A model generated the notes under the pieces. The model worked only from the letters and a program-made list of their open reading frames with translations, was not told where the DNA came from and did no database searches. A DNA stretch of 24,343 nucleotides from Armatimonadota bacterium (lineage in GTDB: Bacteria; Armatimonadota; Zipacnadia; Zipacnadales; UBA5352): positions 1-24,343 of the forward strand of contig JAYENL010000154.1 in NCBI GenBank assembly GCA_034722055.1, given 5' to 3'. The position numbers and the translations under genes are program-made. Below are positions 9,275 through 17,448 of this stretch, one piece after another (the stretch's first letter is position 1; each line of letters starts with the position of its first letter).

Positions 9275-9302
9275 AGAATACTACCCTGACGCGCGACGTC
9301 AA
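9275..9302 (-). promoter_or_regulatory. Putative sigma70-type promoter for the cupin isomerase gene, overlapped by a short palindrome
   Basis: Minus strand reads TTGACG (9302-9297), 16 nt, TATTCT (9280-9275), about 40 nt upstream of the ATG at 9234. The palindrome TGACG-N5-CGTCA (9287-9301) overlaps the -35 box. Confidence 0.5.
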
Positions 9303-9344
9303 GCACTCACCACTACTCCGCCCGCCGCTGGAGGAGCGTGCAGC

Positions 9345-10712
9345 ATGTCTCTGCCCGCTGACTACTGGTCGAACGTCGATGCCGGCAGCATTCCGAAGCT
9401 GGTCACCGACACCATTCCCGGCCCTCGCTCGGAGGAGCTGAATCGCCGGGGCACCGCACACATGATCGGCTACTCCAGCCAGGTGCGGCTCTTCCCGGTG
9501 GCCTTCGAGAGAGGACATGGGGTCACGCTCACCGACGTGGACGGCAACACCTACATTGACTTCTCGTCGGGGATCTACGTGACCACGCTCGGCCACTGTC
9601 ACCCCAAGATATCCGAGGCCGTGGCCTCAGCAGCCAGGCAGCTCATGAACTGCCACGACTTCAACACCCCCGTGAAGGTGGCGCTGCTGGAGAAGCTGGC
9701 GGAGGTGCAGCCGTGGGACCTGACGGGCATGCAGCTTTATGACAGCGGCACCACCGCCGTGGAGGCCGGGCTGCGCGTGTGCAGGGCGGCCACCGGCAAC
9801 CATGAGTTCATCTCCTGCTTCATGGACTTCCACGGCAAGACTGGTCACGCCGTCAGCCTCGGCAGGATGAAGCCCGTCAACGGACCGGGCAGAAGTCAGG
9901 GCTTCTACCTGGTGCCCCGCCCGGACCCCTACCGGCCGATGTTCACCACCGCCGAGGGGCAGATCGATACCGACGCCTACCTCGACTTCTACGACGAGTT
10001 CATCGAGAAGGCCACCACCGGGCAGGTGGCGGCCTTCGTCCTCGAGCCCGTCCAGGGCTGGGCGGGCTCGATCTTCCCGCCCGATGACTTCTTCCCCAAG
10101 CTGCGGCAGTTCTGCGACGAGCGGGGCATCCTGCTGATGGCCGACGAGGTCCTCACCAGCATGGGTCGCACCGGGAAGTACTTCTGCATGGAGCACTGGG
10201 AGACGGCGCCCGACGTGATCACCGTGGGCAAGGGCTTCGGCAACGGCTTCCCGGTGACGGGGATGCTGGTCTCCGACAAGTACAAGGAGAGCATCGCCAC
10301 CATCTCCGCCTCCACCAGCTACGGGGGCAACCCCATGGCCTGCGCGGCGGCGCTGGCGAGCATCGAGGCCATGGAGGAGGAGGGTCTGCTGGAGCACGCT
10401 CTGGAGCTGGGCGAGTTCATGCTCCAGCACATGCGCGGCATCCGCGATCGGCACCGGATCGTCGGCGACGTCCGGGGCCTGGGCTGCCTGCTGGGCATCG
10501 AGCTGGTGAAGGACCGCGAGACCAAGGAGCCCTTCGAGGAGGCGGGCCGGGCCGTCTACCAGCGGGCCTTCGAGAAGGGCCTGGCCTGGGTGCCGGCCTG
10601 GCACATCCTCCGGATGTCCCCGCCCATCGTCATGCAGAAGGAGGTCGCGGCCAAGGGCCTGGAGATCATCGAGGAGGCCATCGACGAGGTCGAGCGCGAG
10701 CTGGGATACTGA
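9345..10712 (+). CDS. PLP-dependent class III aminotransferase (GabT/ArgD-like)
   Basis: 455 aa from ATG 9345 (RBS GGAGGAG). Motifs 'DVDGNTYIDF', 'LGHCHP', 'FHGKT', 'VLEPVQG', 'LMADEVLTSMGRTG', the PLP lysine in 'DVITVGKGFGNGFP', 'TSYGGNPMAC', 'GDVRGLG' and 'LRMSPP'. Confidence 0.92.
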   Translation: MSLPADYWSNVDAGSIPKLVTDTIPGPRSEELNRRGTAHMIGYSSQVRLFPVAFERGHGVTLTDVDGNTYIDFSSGIYVTTLGHCHPKISEAVASAARQLMNCHDFNTPVKVALLEKLAEVQPWDLTGMQLYDSGTTAVEAGLRVCRAATGNHEFISCFMDFHGKTGHAVSLGRMKPVNGPGRSQGFYLVPRPDPYRPMFTTAEGQIDTDAYLDFYDEFIEKATTGQVAAFVLEPVQGWAGSIFPPDDFFPKLRQFCDERGILLMADEVLTSMGRTGKYFCMEHWETAPDVITVGKGFGNGFPVTGMLVSDKYKESIATISASTSYGGNPMACAAALASIEAMEEEGLLEHALELGEFMLQHMRGIRDRHRIVGDVRGLGCLLGIELVKDRETKEPFEEAGRAVYQRAFEKGLAWVPAWHILRMSPPIVMQKEVAAKGLEIIEEAIDEVERELGY

Positions 10713-10750
10713 CCGGCTCGACCTCGGCCGACGGATCGGGCCGTGGGCCC

Positions 10751-10779
10751 GGACGCGGGCGAGGGCGCCCGCGTCCCAG
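10751..10779. repeat. REP-like GC-rich hairpin inside the operon
   Basis: Perfect 11-bp stem GGACGCGGGCG-AGGG-CGCCCGCGTCC. Its reverse complement shares the core GCRGGCGCCCTCGCCYGCG with the element at 17237-17261. No U-tract follows directly. Confidence 0.6.
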
Positions 10780-10815
10780 TGTTTACTGCTGGTGACTGGT
10801 GGCTGATAGCTGTCA

Positions 10816-12294
10816 ATGACCGTATACCTTACCTTCGACATCGGGACCACCGCTCTCAAGACCGCCCTCGTGGGTGAGGACGGGGCGGTGCTGGCCATCG
10901 CTGAGGAGGAGTACTCCCCGCACACGCCCCAGCCGGGGCGCATGGAGATGGAGCCGGAGCGCTACTGGGAGGCGGCGGTGGCGGGCTCGCGCCGGGTCGT
11001 CGCGCGCGCCGGTATCGACCCCGGCCGCGTCGCCGCCATCGGCCTCAGCTCCCAGGCACAGAGCTTCCTGGCGCTGGACGCCTCCGGCCGGCCTCTGACG
11101 CCGGTGATCGTCTGGCTGGACGGCCGGGCCCGCGAGCTGGCGGAGCGGTGGGCCACTGACTGGCTGTCGGCACAGCGCTACCGGGCGATCTCCGGCTACC
11201 CGTGGGTGCCACACGAGCTGACGCTGTTCAAGATCGCCTGGCTGGCCGAGAACCGGCCTCAGATGCATGCCCGCGCTGCGTGGTTCCTCTGCCTCCCGGA
11301 CTACCTGGTCCTCCGGCTTACGGGAGAGGTCGCAACGGACTACAACATCGCGCAGATGAGCGGCATGCTGGATCTGCGCGCGGGCCGGTGGCACCAGGAG
11401 CTGCTGCAGGCGGCACGCATCTCCGAGGATCAGCTTCCGACCGTCCACGGGCCCGGGACGCCGGTGGGCGAGGTCACCGCGGTTGCCGCCGGCGAGCCGG
11501 GCATCCCGGCGGGCACCCCCGTCTGCGTGGGCTGCAACGATCAGCTCGCCGGGGCCATCGGCGCCGGCAACGTGCGGCCGGGCGTGGTCACCGAGACCAC
11601 CGGGACCGCGCTGGCGGTGGTCGCCACCACCGCCGAGCTGCTGGACGATGAGCGCCTCTTCGTCGGCCGCCACGCTGTCGAGGGCGCATCGTACGCCATG
11701 CCCTTCGCCCCGGTCTCGGCCGCGGTGCTGACGTGGTTCCGCGACCTCTGCGGCGAAGCCGGCGGCTGGGATGAGTTCCTGGCGGGCGTGGAGGACGTCC
11801 CCCCGGGCAGCGACGGGCTCACGGTGGTGCCGCACTTCTCGGGCACCGCCTCGCCCACGTTCAACCCCGACGCCCGGGGCGCCATGGTGGGACTCACACT
11901 GGCCCACGGCCGGGCGCACATCGCGCGAGCCATCATGGAATCCTGCGCCTGCGTCCTGCGAGAGCTTCTGGAGCCGGTCACCGACCACGGCATCGACCTG
12001 CGCACCGTCTGCTCCCTCGGCGGCGCGGCCCGCAGCGACACCTGGCTGCAGATGAAGGCCGACATGCTGGGGGTGCCCGTCGAGCGCCCGGCCTGCCCGG
12101 AGGCGGCCTCGCTGGGCGCGGCCATGCTGGCGGCGACCGGCACCGGGGTGTTCGAGTCCCTGCAGGACGCCGCCGATACCTGGTATCGACCCAGCGCGAC
12201 TTTCCAGCCTGATCCGAAGCGGGCTGCAGCCTGCGCCGAGATCCACGAGCGCTACCTCGACGCTTACCACCGCCTCTACGGGCGGGAGGAGTGA
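10816..12294 (+). CDS. FGGY-family carbohydrate kinase (xylulokinase-like)
   Basis: 492 aa. Motifs 'FDIGTTALK', 'IGLSSQ', 'IVWLDGRA', 'LPDYL..RLTG', 'GCNDQ', 'TTGT', 'PHFSG...P', 'RAIMES' and 'GGAARSDTWLQMKAD'. Confidence 0.92.
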   Translation: MTVYLTFDIGTTALKTALVGEDGAVLAIAEEEYSPHTPQPGRMEMEPERYWEAAVAGSRRVVARAGIDPGRVAAIGLSSQAQSFLALDASGRPLTPVIVWLDGRARELAERWATDWLSAQRYRAISGYPWVPHELTLFKIAWLAENRPQMHARAAWFLCLPDYLVLRLTGEVATDYNIAQMSGMLDLRAGRWHQELLQAARISEDQLPTVHGPGTPVGEVTAVAAGEPGIPAGTPVCVGCNDQLAGAIGAGNVRPGVVTETTGTALAVVATTAELLDDERLFVGRHAVEGASYAMPFAPVSAAVLTWFRDLCGEAGGWDEFLAGVEDVPPGSDGLTVVPHFSGTASPTFNPDARGAMVGLTLAHGRAHIARAIMESCACVLRELLEPVTDHGIDLRTVCSLGGAARSDTWLQMKADMLGVPVERPACPEAASLGAAMLAATGTGVFESLQDAADTWYRPSATFQPDPKRAAACAEIHERYLDAYHRLYGREE

Positions 12295-12298
12295 GCCG

Positions 12299-13084
12299 AT
12301 GTCATACCTGTTCCGCGACCAGTCCTCGACCACGCTACGCGAGCACATCGAGCAGCAGTCCCTGCTGCTGCTGCCCGTGGGCACTACCGAGGAGCACGGT
12401 CCGCACCTGCCGGTGGACACGGATGTGCGCATCGCGGAGGCCTACGGCCACGCCCTCGCCCGCGAGATCGCCGGCGAGCTGCCGGTGCTGCTGATGGACG
12501 CCATCCGCTACGGCTACTCCATGAGCATCATGCGCCAGTGGCCGGGCACCATCGTCGTCGGCACTCGCACCTTCATGGACTACGTCTTCGGCGTCTGCCG
12601 CTCGGTGCTGGAGATGGGCTTCAGGCACCTCGCAGTGCTGGACTGCCACGGGCATCACAGCGGCCTGCTCAGCGGGGTGAACCGGGAGCTGTGCGACGCC
12701 TGCGACGTGGCCATCGCCATCATCAGCCCGGCCAGGCTCTCTGCCGAGGCCTTCAACGAGGTGCGCCGGTCCGACCGTGGCGGCGCCATCCACGGCGGAG
12801 AGTGGGAGACCTCGCTGCTGCTGCACATCAGCCCCGAGGTGGTGGACATGTCGCTGGCCGGCGACGAGGACGCCATGCGCTACCACTCGGAGTTCGTGGC
12901 CGGCGACAACTTCACGGGCGGTCAGAAGGTCACATGGTCCACCTGGTATCTGCAGCCGTCTCACACGGGCATCTACGGCGATCCCACGGTCGCCACCGCC
13001 CAGACCGGCGAGGCGATCATGCGCGCGGCCGTCGAGACCGGCGCCCGCTTCCTGCGCGAGTTCTACCACCACGCCCCAGCGTGA
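12299..13084 (+). CDS. Creatininase (creatinine amidohydrolase) family metallohydrolase
   Basis: 261 aa. Motifs 'LPVGTTEEHGPHLPVDTD', 'YGYS.....WPGT', 'IHGGEWETS' and 'GIYGDPTVATAQTGE'. Starts 4 nt after the kinase stop codon. Confidence 0.9.
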   Translation: MSYLFRDQSSTTLREHIEQQSLLLLPVGTTEEHGPHLPVDTDVRIAEAYGHALAREIAGELPVLLMDAIRYGYSMSIMRQWPGTIVVGTRTFMDYVFGVCRSVLEMGFRHLAVLDCHGHHSGLLSGVNRELCDACDVAIAIISPARLSAEAFNEVRRSDRGGAIHGGEWETSLLLHISPEVVDMSLAGDEDAMRYHSEFVAGDNFTGGQKVTWSTWYLQPSHTGIYGDPTVATAQTGEAIMRAAVETGARFLREFYHHAPA

Positions 13085-13094
13085 GGTGACAGTG

Positions 13095-15722
13095 ATGGCC
13101 GAGTCGCTGGATGAGATCCGCCGGGAGCTGGATGGCCGGGAGCTGCTGGTGGTGCCCTACTGCCACGCGGACTGGGCCTGGACGCACTCCCGCCGCTGGC
13201 ACGCAGTGCGCTACACGCTGGCTATCGATGAGGTCCTCGACATCATGGCGGCCCAGGACGAGGCCGGCGTGAGTGGCGATGCGCCGGAGGCCTACCGCTG
13301 GTACACCGACTGCTACCGCACGCAGATCGTGCCCTTCCTGCAGGCCCGGCCGGAGCGCGAGGCGGAGCTGCGCCGGCGCATCGCCGAGGGCCGCATCGCC
13401 ATCTGCGGCGGATACGCCAACGTGCGCATCAACCACGTCCCCGGCGAGCTGTTCGTCCGCGGCATGGTCCTGGGGCGCCGGGAGTGGGAGCGGCTCTTCC
13501 CCGAGGCGGAGCTGACCGTGCACTCCGACATCGTGGACGTGGCCGTCGGCCACCCGCAACTGCCGCAACTGCTGCGCCTGGCGGGCTATCGCTCCCTGCA
13601 GTTCTGGCGCCCGGAGGAGGCACTGAATGCTAAGGGCATTCCGCACCACTTCGTGTGGGAGGGCCTGGATGGCACGCGCGTGCTGGCCGCACGGGGCTGC
13701 TACGGTGGCCTCAACGCGCTCGGCTACGCCCCCGAGAACTTCGCGGAGGGCTGGGACGAGACCGTGCGCTTCTGGTGGGAGAACCTGCTGGAGTACAAGC
13801 TCCAGCACTCGCCCGCCGACCTGCTGTGGCTGCAGCGCGGCGCCGACGACGCCCGGCCGCTGCGCACCAACGTGGCGTCCGACGAGCCCATGGACCTGCC
13901 GGGGCTGATCCGGGCCTGGAACGACCGGGAAAGCTCCTCCATGCGCTTCGCCACGCCGGTTGAGGCCTTCCGGCTCCTGGAGCAGCGGCGCGAGGAGCTG
14001 CCGGTCGTCAGCGGCACGCTCGACCCCTGCGACGTGGCCTACAACGCGGCCTGGGGCGGCTCGCACGGCCTGTGGCGGCTGAGGCAGGAGGCGGCGCGGG
14101 AGATCGGCGTCACCGAGATGCTGGAGGCCCTCGGCGCCGCGTCGGGTGCAACGGACGCTGACCCGGATGCCGCACAGGAGCGTCTGGACGACCTGTGGCG
14201 CGACGCGCTGCTCTTCTCGGCCCACGCCACCCAGTGGCTCTTCGAGGAGGACTTCGGCGAGCTCTACGCCCTGGCGCAGAGCACTGTGACGCGGGCCCGC
14301 CGCGAGCAGCAGCAGGTGCTGCGCTCCCTGTCATCGCGAATCGACTGCCCCGAGGACGCGGCGGAGGTGCTGGTCAATCCGCTGCCTCGCGAGCGGGAGG
14401 TCACGGTGCCGCTGCGCGTCACCTTCGTCCGCGGCGAGCGTCCCGGCGCGCCGGAGCCCATGCGGCTGATCGACGGCGCCGGCCGGGAGGTGCCCTGGCA
14501 GCTTCTACGAGACCTGCGCCACGCCAACGCCACGTGGGAGTGCGATGTGCTGGCCCGGGTCACGCTGCCGCCGGGCGGCTGGACGGTCCTGCGCTGGGAG
14601 GAGGCCCCGCCGGCCGAGGACCCCGGGCCCGCGGGTGAGGCGTCGGCGGAGTGCATCGAGGCCGACCTGCTGAGCCTGCACTTCGACCGCGGCCGACTCA
14701 TGCGCATCGAGGATCGGGCGGCTGGTCGGGAGTGGCTCGCGCCGCAGCACACGCCCTTCGGCCATCTGCGCATCTACGACGTGGACACCACCGCGCCGCT
14801 GCACGTGGGGCCCATCCTGGGGCGCACGGACGCGGTCTGGGAGCGCTGGGGCGTGATCGAGCGCGGTCCGCTCCGCTGGAGCGTGCGCTGTGAGGGCGCC
14901 ATTGGGGCCTGCCCGGCGGCCATGGAGGTCCGCCTGTACCGCGGCCAGCGACGCGTGGAGTTCGCAGTGGAGGTCGAGTGGGACGGCCGCGGCGGCTTCC
15001 TGGCCTCGCACCTGCCCTGGCCCGGCCCTGGCGAGCTCTTCGGCGACATGCCCTTCTGCGTGGAGCCCACGCCGCTTGACGACGAGCCCTATGTGGGCAT
15101 CGAGCGCGCCCGCGAGGGGATGTTCATCGCCCGCAGCTTCGTGGACCACGTGGGCGACGGTGGCTCGATCGCCTATCTCTCGCACGATGGCGACCGCTAC
15201 TTCATCCGCGACCGCGAGCGCAGCACGCTGGCGCATATCCTCATCAACTCCGTCCGCGAGCCCTACGCGGAGTGGGAGGAGAGCGTCAACCGCACCATGC
15301 GCGGCAAGGGCCTGCATCGCTTCACCTTCAGCCTCGTCCCCCATGAGGGCGACTGGCGCGACGGCGGCCTGTGGCGGCTCTCCGAGGAGCTGCGCACACC
15401 GGTGCTGCAGACGCGACCGCTCGGGGCGGGGGACCTGCCGATGCACGGAGAGCTGCTGGCCGTCGAGCCCGGGAACGTGAGCCTTACCGCCTGCTACGCC
15501 GACGCCGGCCGGGTGCTGGTGCGGCTGTGCGAGCTGCACGGGACGCACACGGAGGCCATGGTGCGGCTGCCCTTCGAGGCTGCGGAGGCGGCGCTGGTGG
15601 ACCTGGCCGGCCACAGCCTCGACGCCCGGCCGCCGCGCGTGGACGGCCGCACAGTTGCCCTGCCCATGTCCCCGCATCAGATCGCCACGCTGGCGCTGAC
15701 TGTGGAGGAGGAATCATCGTGA
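13095..15722 (+). CDS. Divergent GH38 (alpha-mannosidase-like) glycoside hydrolase
   Basis: 875 aa from ATG 13095; the track start at 12777 overlaps the previous gene. Motifs 'VPYCHADWAW' (HxD), 'GRIAICGG', 'GELFVR', 'DVAVGHPQLPQLL', 'FVWEGLDGTRV', 'VNPLP..R', 'G.HRFTFSLVPH.GDW' and 'LVRLCE..G'. Confidence 0.8.
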   Translation: MAESLDEIRRELDGRELLVVPYCHADWAWTHSRRWHAVRYTLAIDEVLDIMAAQDEAGVSGDAPEAYRWYTDCYRTQIVPFLQARPEREAELRRRIAEGRIAICGGYANVRINHVPGELFVRGMVLGRREWERLFPEAELTVHSDIVDVAVGHPQLPQLLRLAGYRSLQFWRPEEALNAKGIPHHFVWEGLDGTRVLAARGCYGGLNALGYAPENFAEGWDETVRFWWENLLEYKLQHSPADLLWLQRGADDARPLRTNVASDEPMDLPGLIRAWNDRESSSMRFATPVEAFRLLEQRREELPVVSGTLDPCDVAYNAAWGGSHGLWRLRQEAAREIGVTEMLEALGAASGATDADPDAAQERLDDLWRDALLFSAHATQWLFEEDFGELYALAQSTVTRARREQQQVLRSLSSRIDCPEDAAEVLVNPLPREREVTVPLRVTFVRGERPGAPEPMRLIDGAGREVPWQLLRDLRHANATWECDVLARVTLPPGGWTVLRWEEAPPAEDPGPAGEASAECIEADLLSLHFDRGRLMRIEDRAAGREWLAPQHTPFGHLRIYDVDTTAPLHVGPILGRTDAVWERWGVIERGPLRWSVRCEGAIGACPAAMEVRLYRGQRRVEFAVEVEWDGRGGFLASHLPWPGPGELFGDMPFCVEPTPLDDEPYVGIERAREGMFIARSFVDHVGDGGSIAYLSHDGDRYFIRDRERSTLAHILINSVREPYAEWEESVNRTMRGKGLHRFTFSLVPHEGDWRDGGLWRLSEELRTPVLQTRPLGAGDLPMHGELLAVEPGNVSLTACYADAGRVLVRLCELHGTHTEAMVRLPFEAAEAALVDLAGHSLDARPPRVDGRTVALPMSPHQIATLALTVEEESS

Positions 15723-17149
15723 CACGCGGACTGCAGAGCATCACGCTGGGCCTGGTGCCCATCAGTAAGTTCGTGTTCAGCCGCGAGGACGCGCTGCACT
15801 ACAAGGGGCTCATCGAGCAGCGGCTGCGAGAGCTGGGCGTGCGCTTCGTGAGCATAGACTCGATCACCGAGGACGGGACGCTGTTCCGGCACGAGGATCT
15901 CCCGCGGGTCATCGAGCACCTCCGCCGGGAGGGCGTGGACGCTATCTTCTGCCCACACTGCAACTTCGGCACCGAGGACGTGGCCGCGCTCCTCGGCCGC
16001 GAGATGAGCCTGCCGTATCTGCTGTGGGGGCCGCGCGATGAGGAGCCGCTGCCCGACGGCACCCGCCTCCGCGACACCCAGTGTGGGCTGTTCGCCACCA
16101 GCCAGATCCTGCGGCGGATGGACGTGCCCTTCACCTACATCCCCAACTGCCGCCTCGACGATGCCGCCTTCGACCGCGGCGTGCTCGGCTTCCTGCGCGT
16201 GGCGTCGGTGGTGCGGGCCTTTCGGGGCATGCACATCGGGCAGATCGGCCAGCGCAACGACTTCTTCTGGACCGTGATGGTCAATGAGGCCGAGCTGCTG
16301 GAGCGGTTCGGCATCGAGGTCTATCAGATCTACCTCACAGATGTCCTGGATGAGGTGGAGCGGCTGGCAGCCTCTCCCAGCGCGGAGCTAAAGGAGCTTG
16401 TGGAGCGGATGCGTGAGGAGGTCACCTTCGAGGGCCTCGGCGATGGCCGGGTGCGCGCGGTGGCGGCGCTGAAGCTGGTGCTGACCGCGCTGGCGGAGGA
16501 GCATGGCCTGTCGGCCATCGCCCAGCAGTGCTTCCCCGGCTTCCAGCAGCGATTCGGCGTCTACCCCTGCTACGCCAACAGCCTGCTCACCGATGAGGGC
16601 GTGCCGGTCATCTGCGAGACGGACGTGCATGGCGCCATCACCGCATGCATCCTCCAGGCCGCCGCGCTGGGCGAGAGCCCGCCATTCTTCGCCGACCTCA
16701 CCATCCGCCATCCCGGCAACGACAATGCCGAGCTGCTCTGGCACTGCGGGGCCTTCCCGGCCTCGCTGGCCGCCGACGATGAGGACCTGCGCGTCGGGGA
16801 GCACTTCATTATGCCCCAGGACGCCACCGGCGTCTGCCACTGGCGCATCCGGGGCGGCGACATGACCATCGCGCGCTTCAGCGATGATCGCGGCGACTAT
16901 CGGCTCGGGTTCGGAGAGGGCCGGGCCACCGATGGCCCCGAGACGGTCGGCACCTACACCTGGATGGAGGTGGACGACTGGCCTGCCTGGGAGCGCCGCT
17001 TCATCCGCGGTCCCTACATCCACCACGTCGCCGGCGTTCACGGCCACTGGGCCACGATCCTCCACGAGGCCTGCCGCTACATCCCCGGCCTGCAGCCCGA
17101 CCCCATCGGGACCGATGGCAGGGAGCTGGAGGACTACTGGTGGCGGTGA
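15719..17149 (+). CDS. L-fucose/L-arabinose isomerase family protein
   Basis: 476 aa from GTG 15719, overlapping the GH38 stop (GTGA), RBS GGAGGAGG. Motifs 'HCNFGTE', 'LRDTQCG', 'IGQIGQR', 'CETDVHGAIT' (ExD), 'LLWHCG', 'TIARF' and 'GPYIHHVAG'. Confidence 0.85.
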   Translation: MTRGLQSITLGLVPISKFVFSREDALHYKGLIEQRLRELGVRFVSIDSITEDGTLFRHEDLPRVIEHLRREGVDAIFCPHCNFGTEDVAALLGREMSLPYLLWGPRDEEPLPDGTRLRDTQCGLFATSQILRRMDVPFTYIPNCRLDDAAFDRGVLGFLRVASVVRAFRGMHIGQIGQRNDFFWTVMVNEAELLERFGIEVYQIYLTDVLDEVERLAASPSAELKELVERMREEVTFEGLGDGRVRAVAALKLVLTALAEEHGLSAIAQQCFPGFQQRFGVYPCYANSLLTDEGVPVICETDVHGAITACILQAAALGESPPFFADLTIRHPGNDNAELLWHCGAFPASLAADDEDLRVGEHFIMPQDATGVCHWRIRGGDMTIARFSDDRGDYRLGFGEGRATDGPETVGTYTWMEVDDWPAWERRFIRGPYIHHVAGVHGHWATILHEACRYIPGLQPDPIGTDGRELEDYWWR

Positions 17150-17171
17150 GGGGACTGGCGCTCGCGCCGAG

Positions 17172-17366
17172 TGGCGGAAGTGCGCGCATTGTCTCGCGTC
17201 AGAACAACACGTCTGCCGGCACTACCCACCCGTTAAGTAGCGCAGGCGCCCTCGCCTGCGCGCCGTTTCGTGGGTAGAGATGCGTTCCCGGCCGGGGTGG
17301 AACCTTCGGCCGGTTCGCTCCGCTCACGGTCCTCGCCGGGCGCTCCGCGCCCGGCGGCCCCTCCAC
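17172..17366. repeat. Second cluster of REP-like palindromes between convergent operons
   Basis: GTAG foot plus stem GCGCAGGCG-CCCT-CGCCTGCGC at 17237-17261. A perfect 10-bp stem CGCCGGGCGC-TCC-GCGCCCGGCG at 17334-17356 is followed by ...CCAC (GTGG foot on minus). An imperfect stem at about 17173-17217 is followed by CTAC (GTAG foot on minus). Confidence 0.65.
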
Positions 17367-17448
17367 GAGAATCCTGCCCGTCCCCGGCACGGTCAGAGCC
17401 GCCAACTGCCCTCGTCGCGAACATGCGACGACTCCGGCGAGTGGCGCG

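Noticed and set aside
12299..13084. Mycofactocin peptidase MftE / RiPP cluster
   Set aside because: No radical SAM enzyme, precursor peptide or other mft genes are present, and the context is carbohydrate metabolism.
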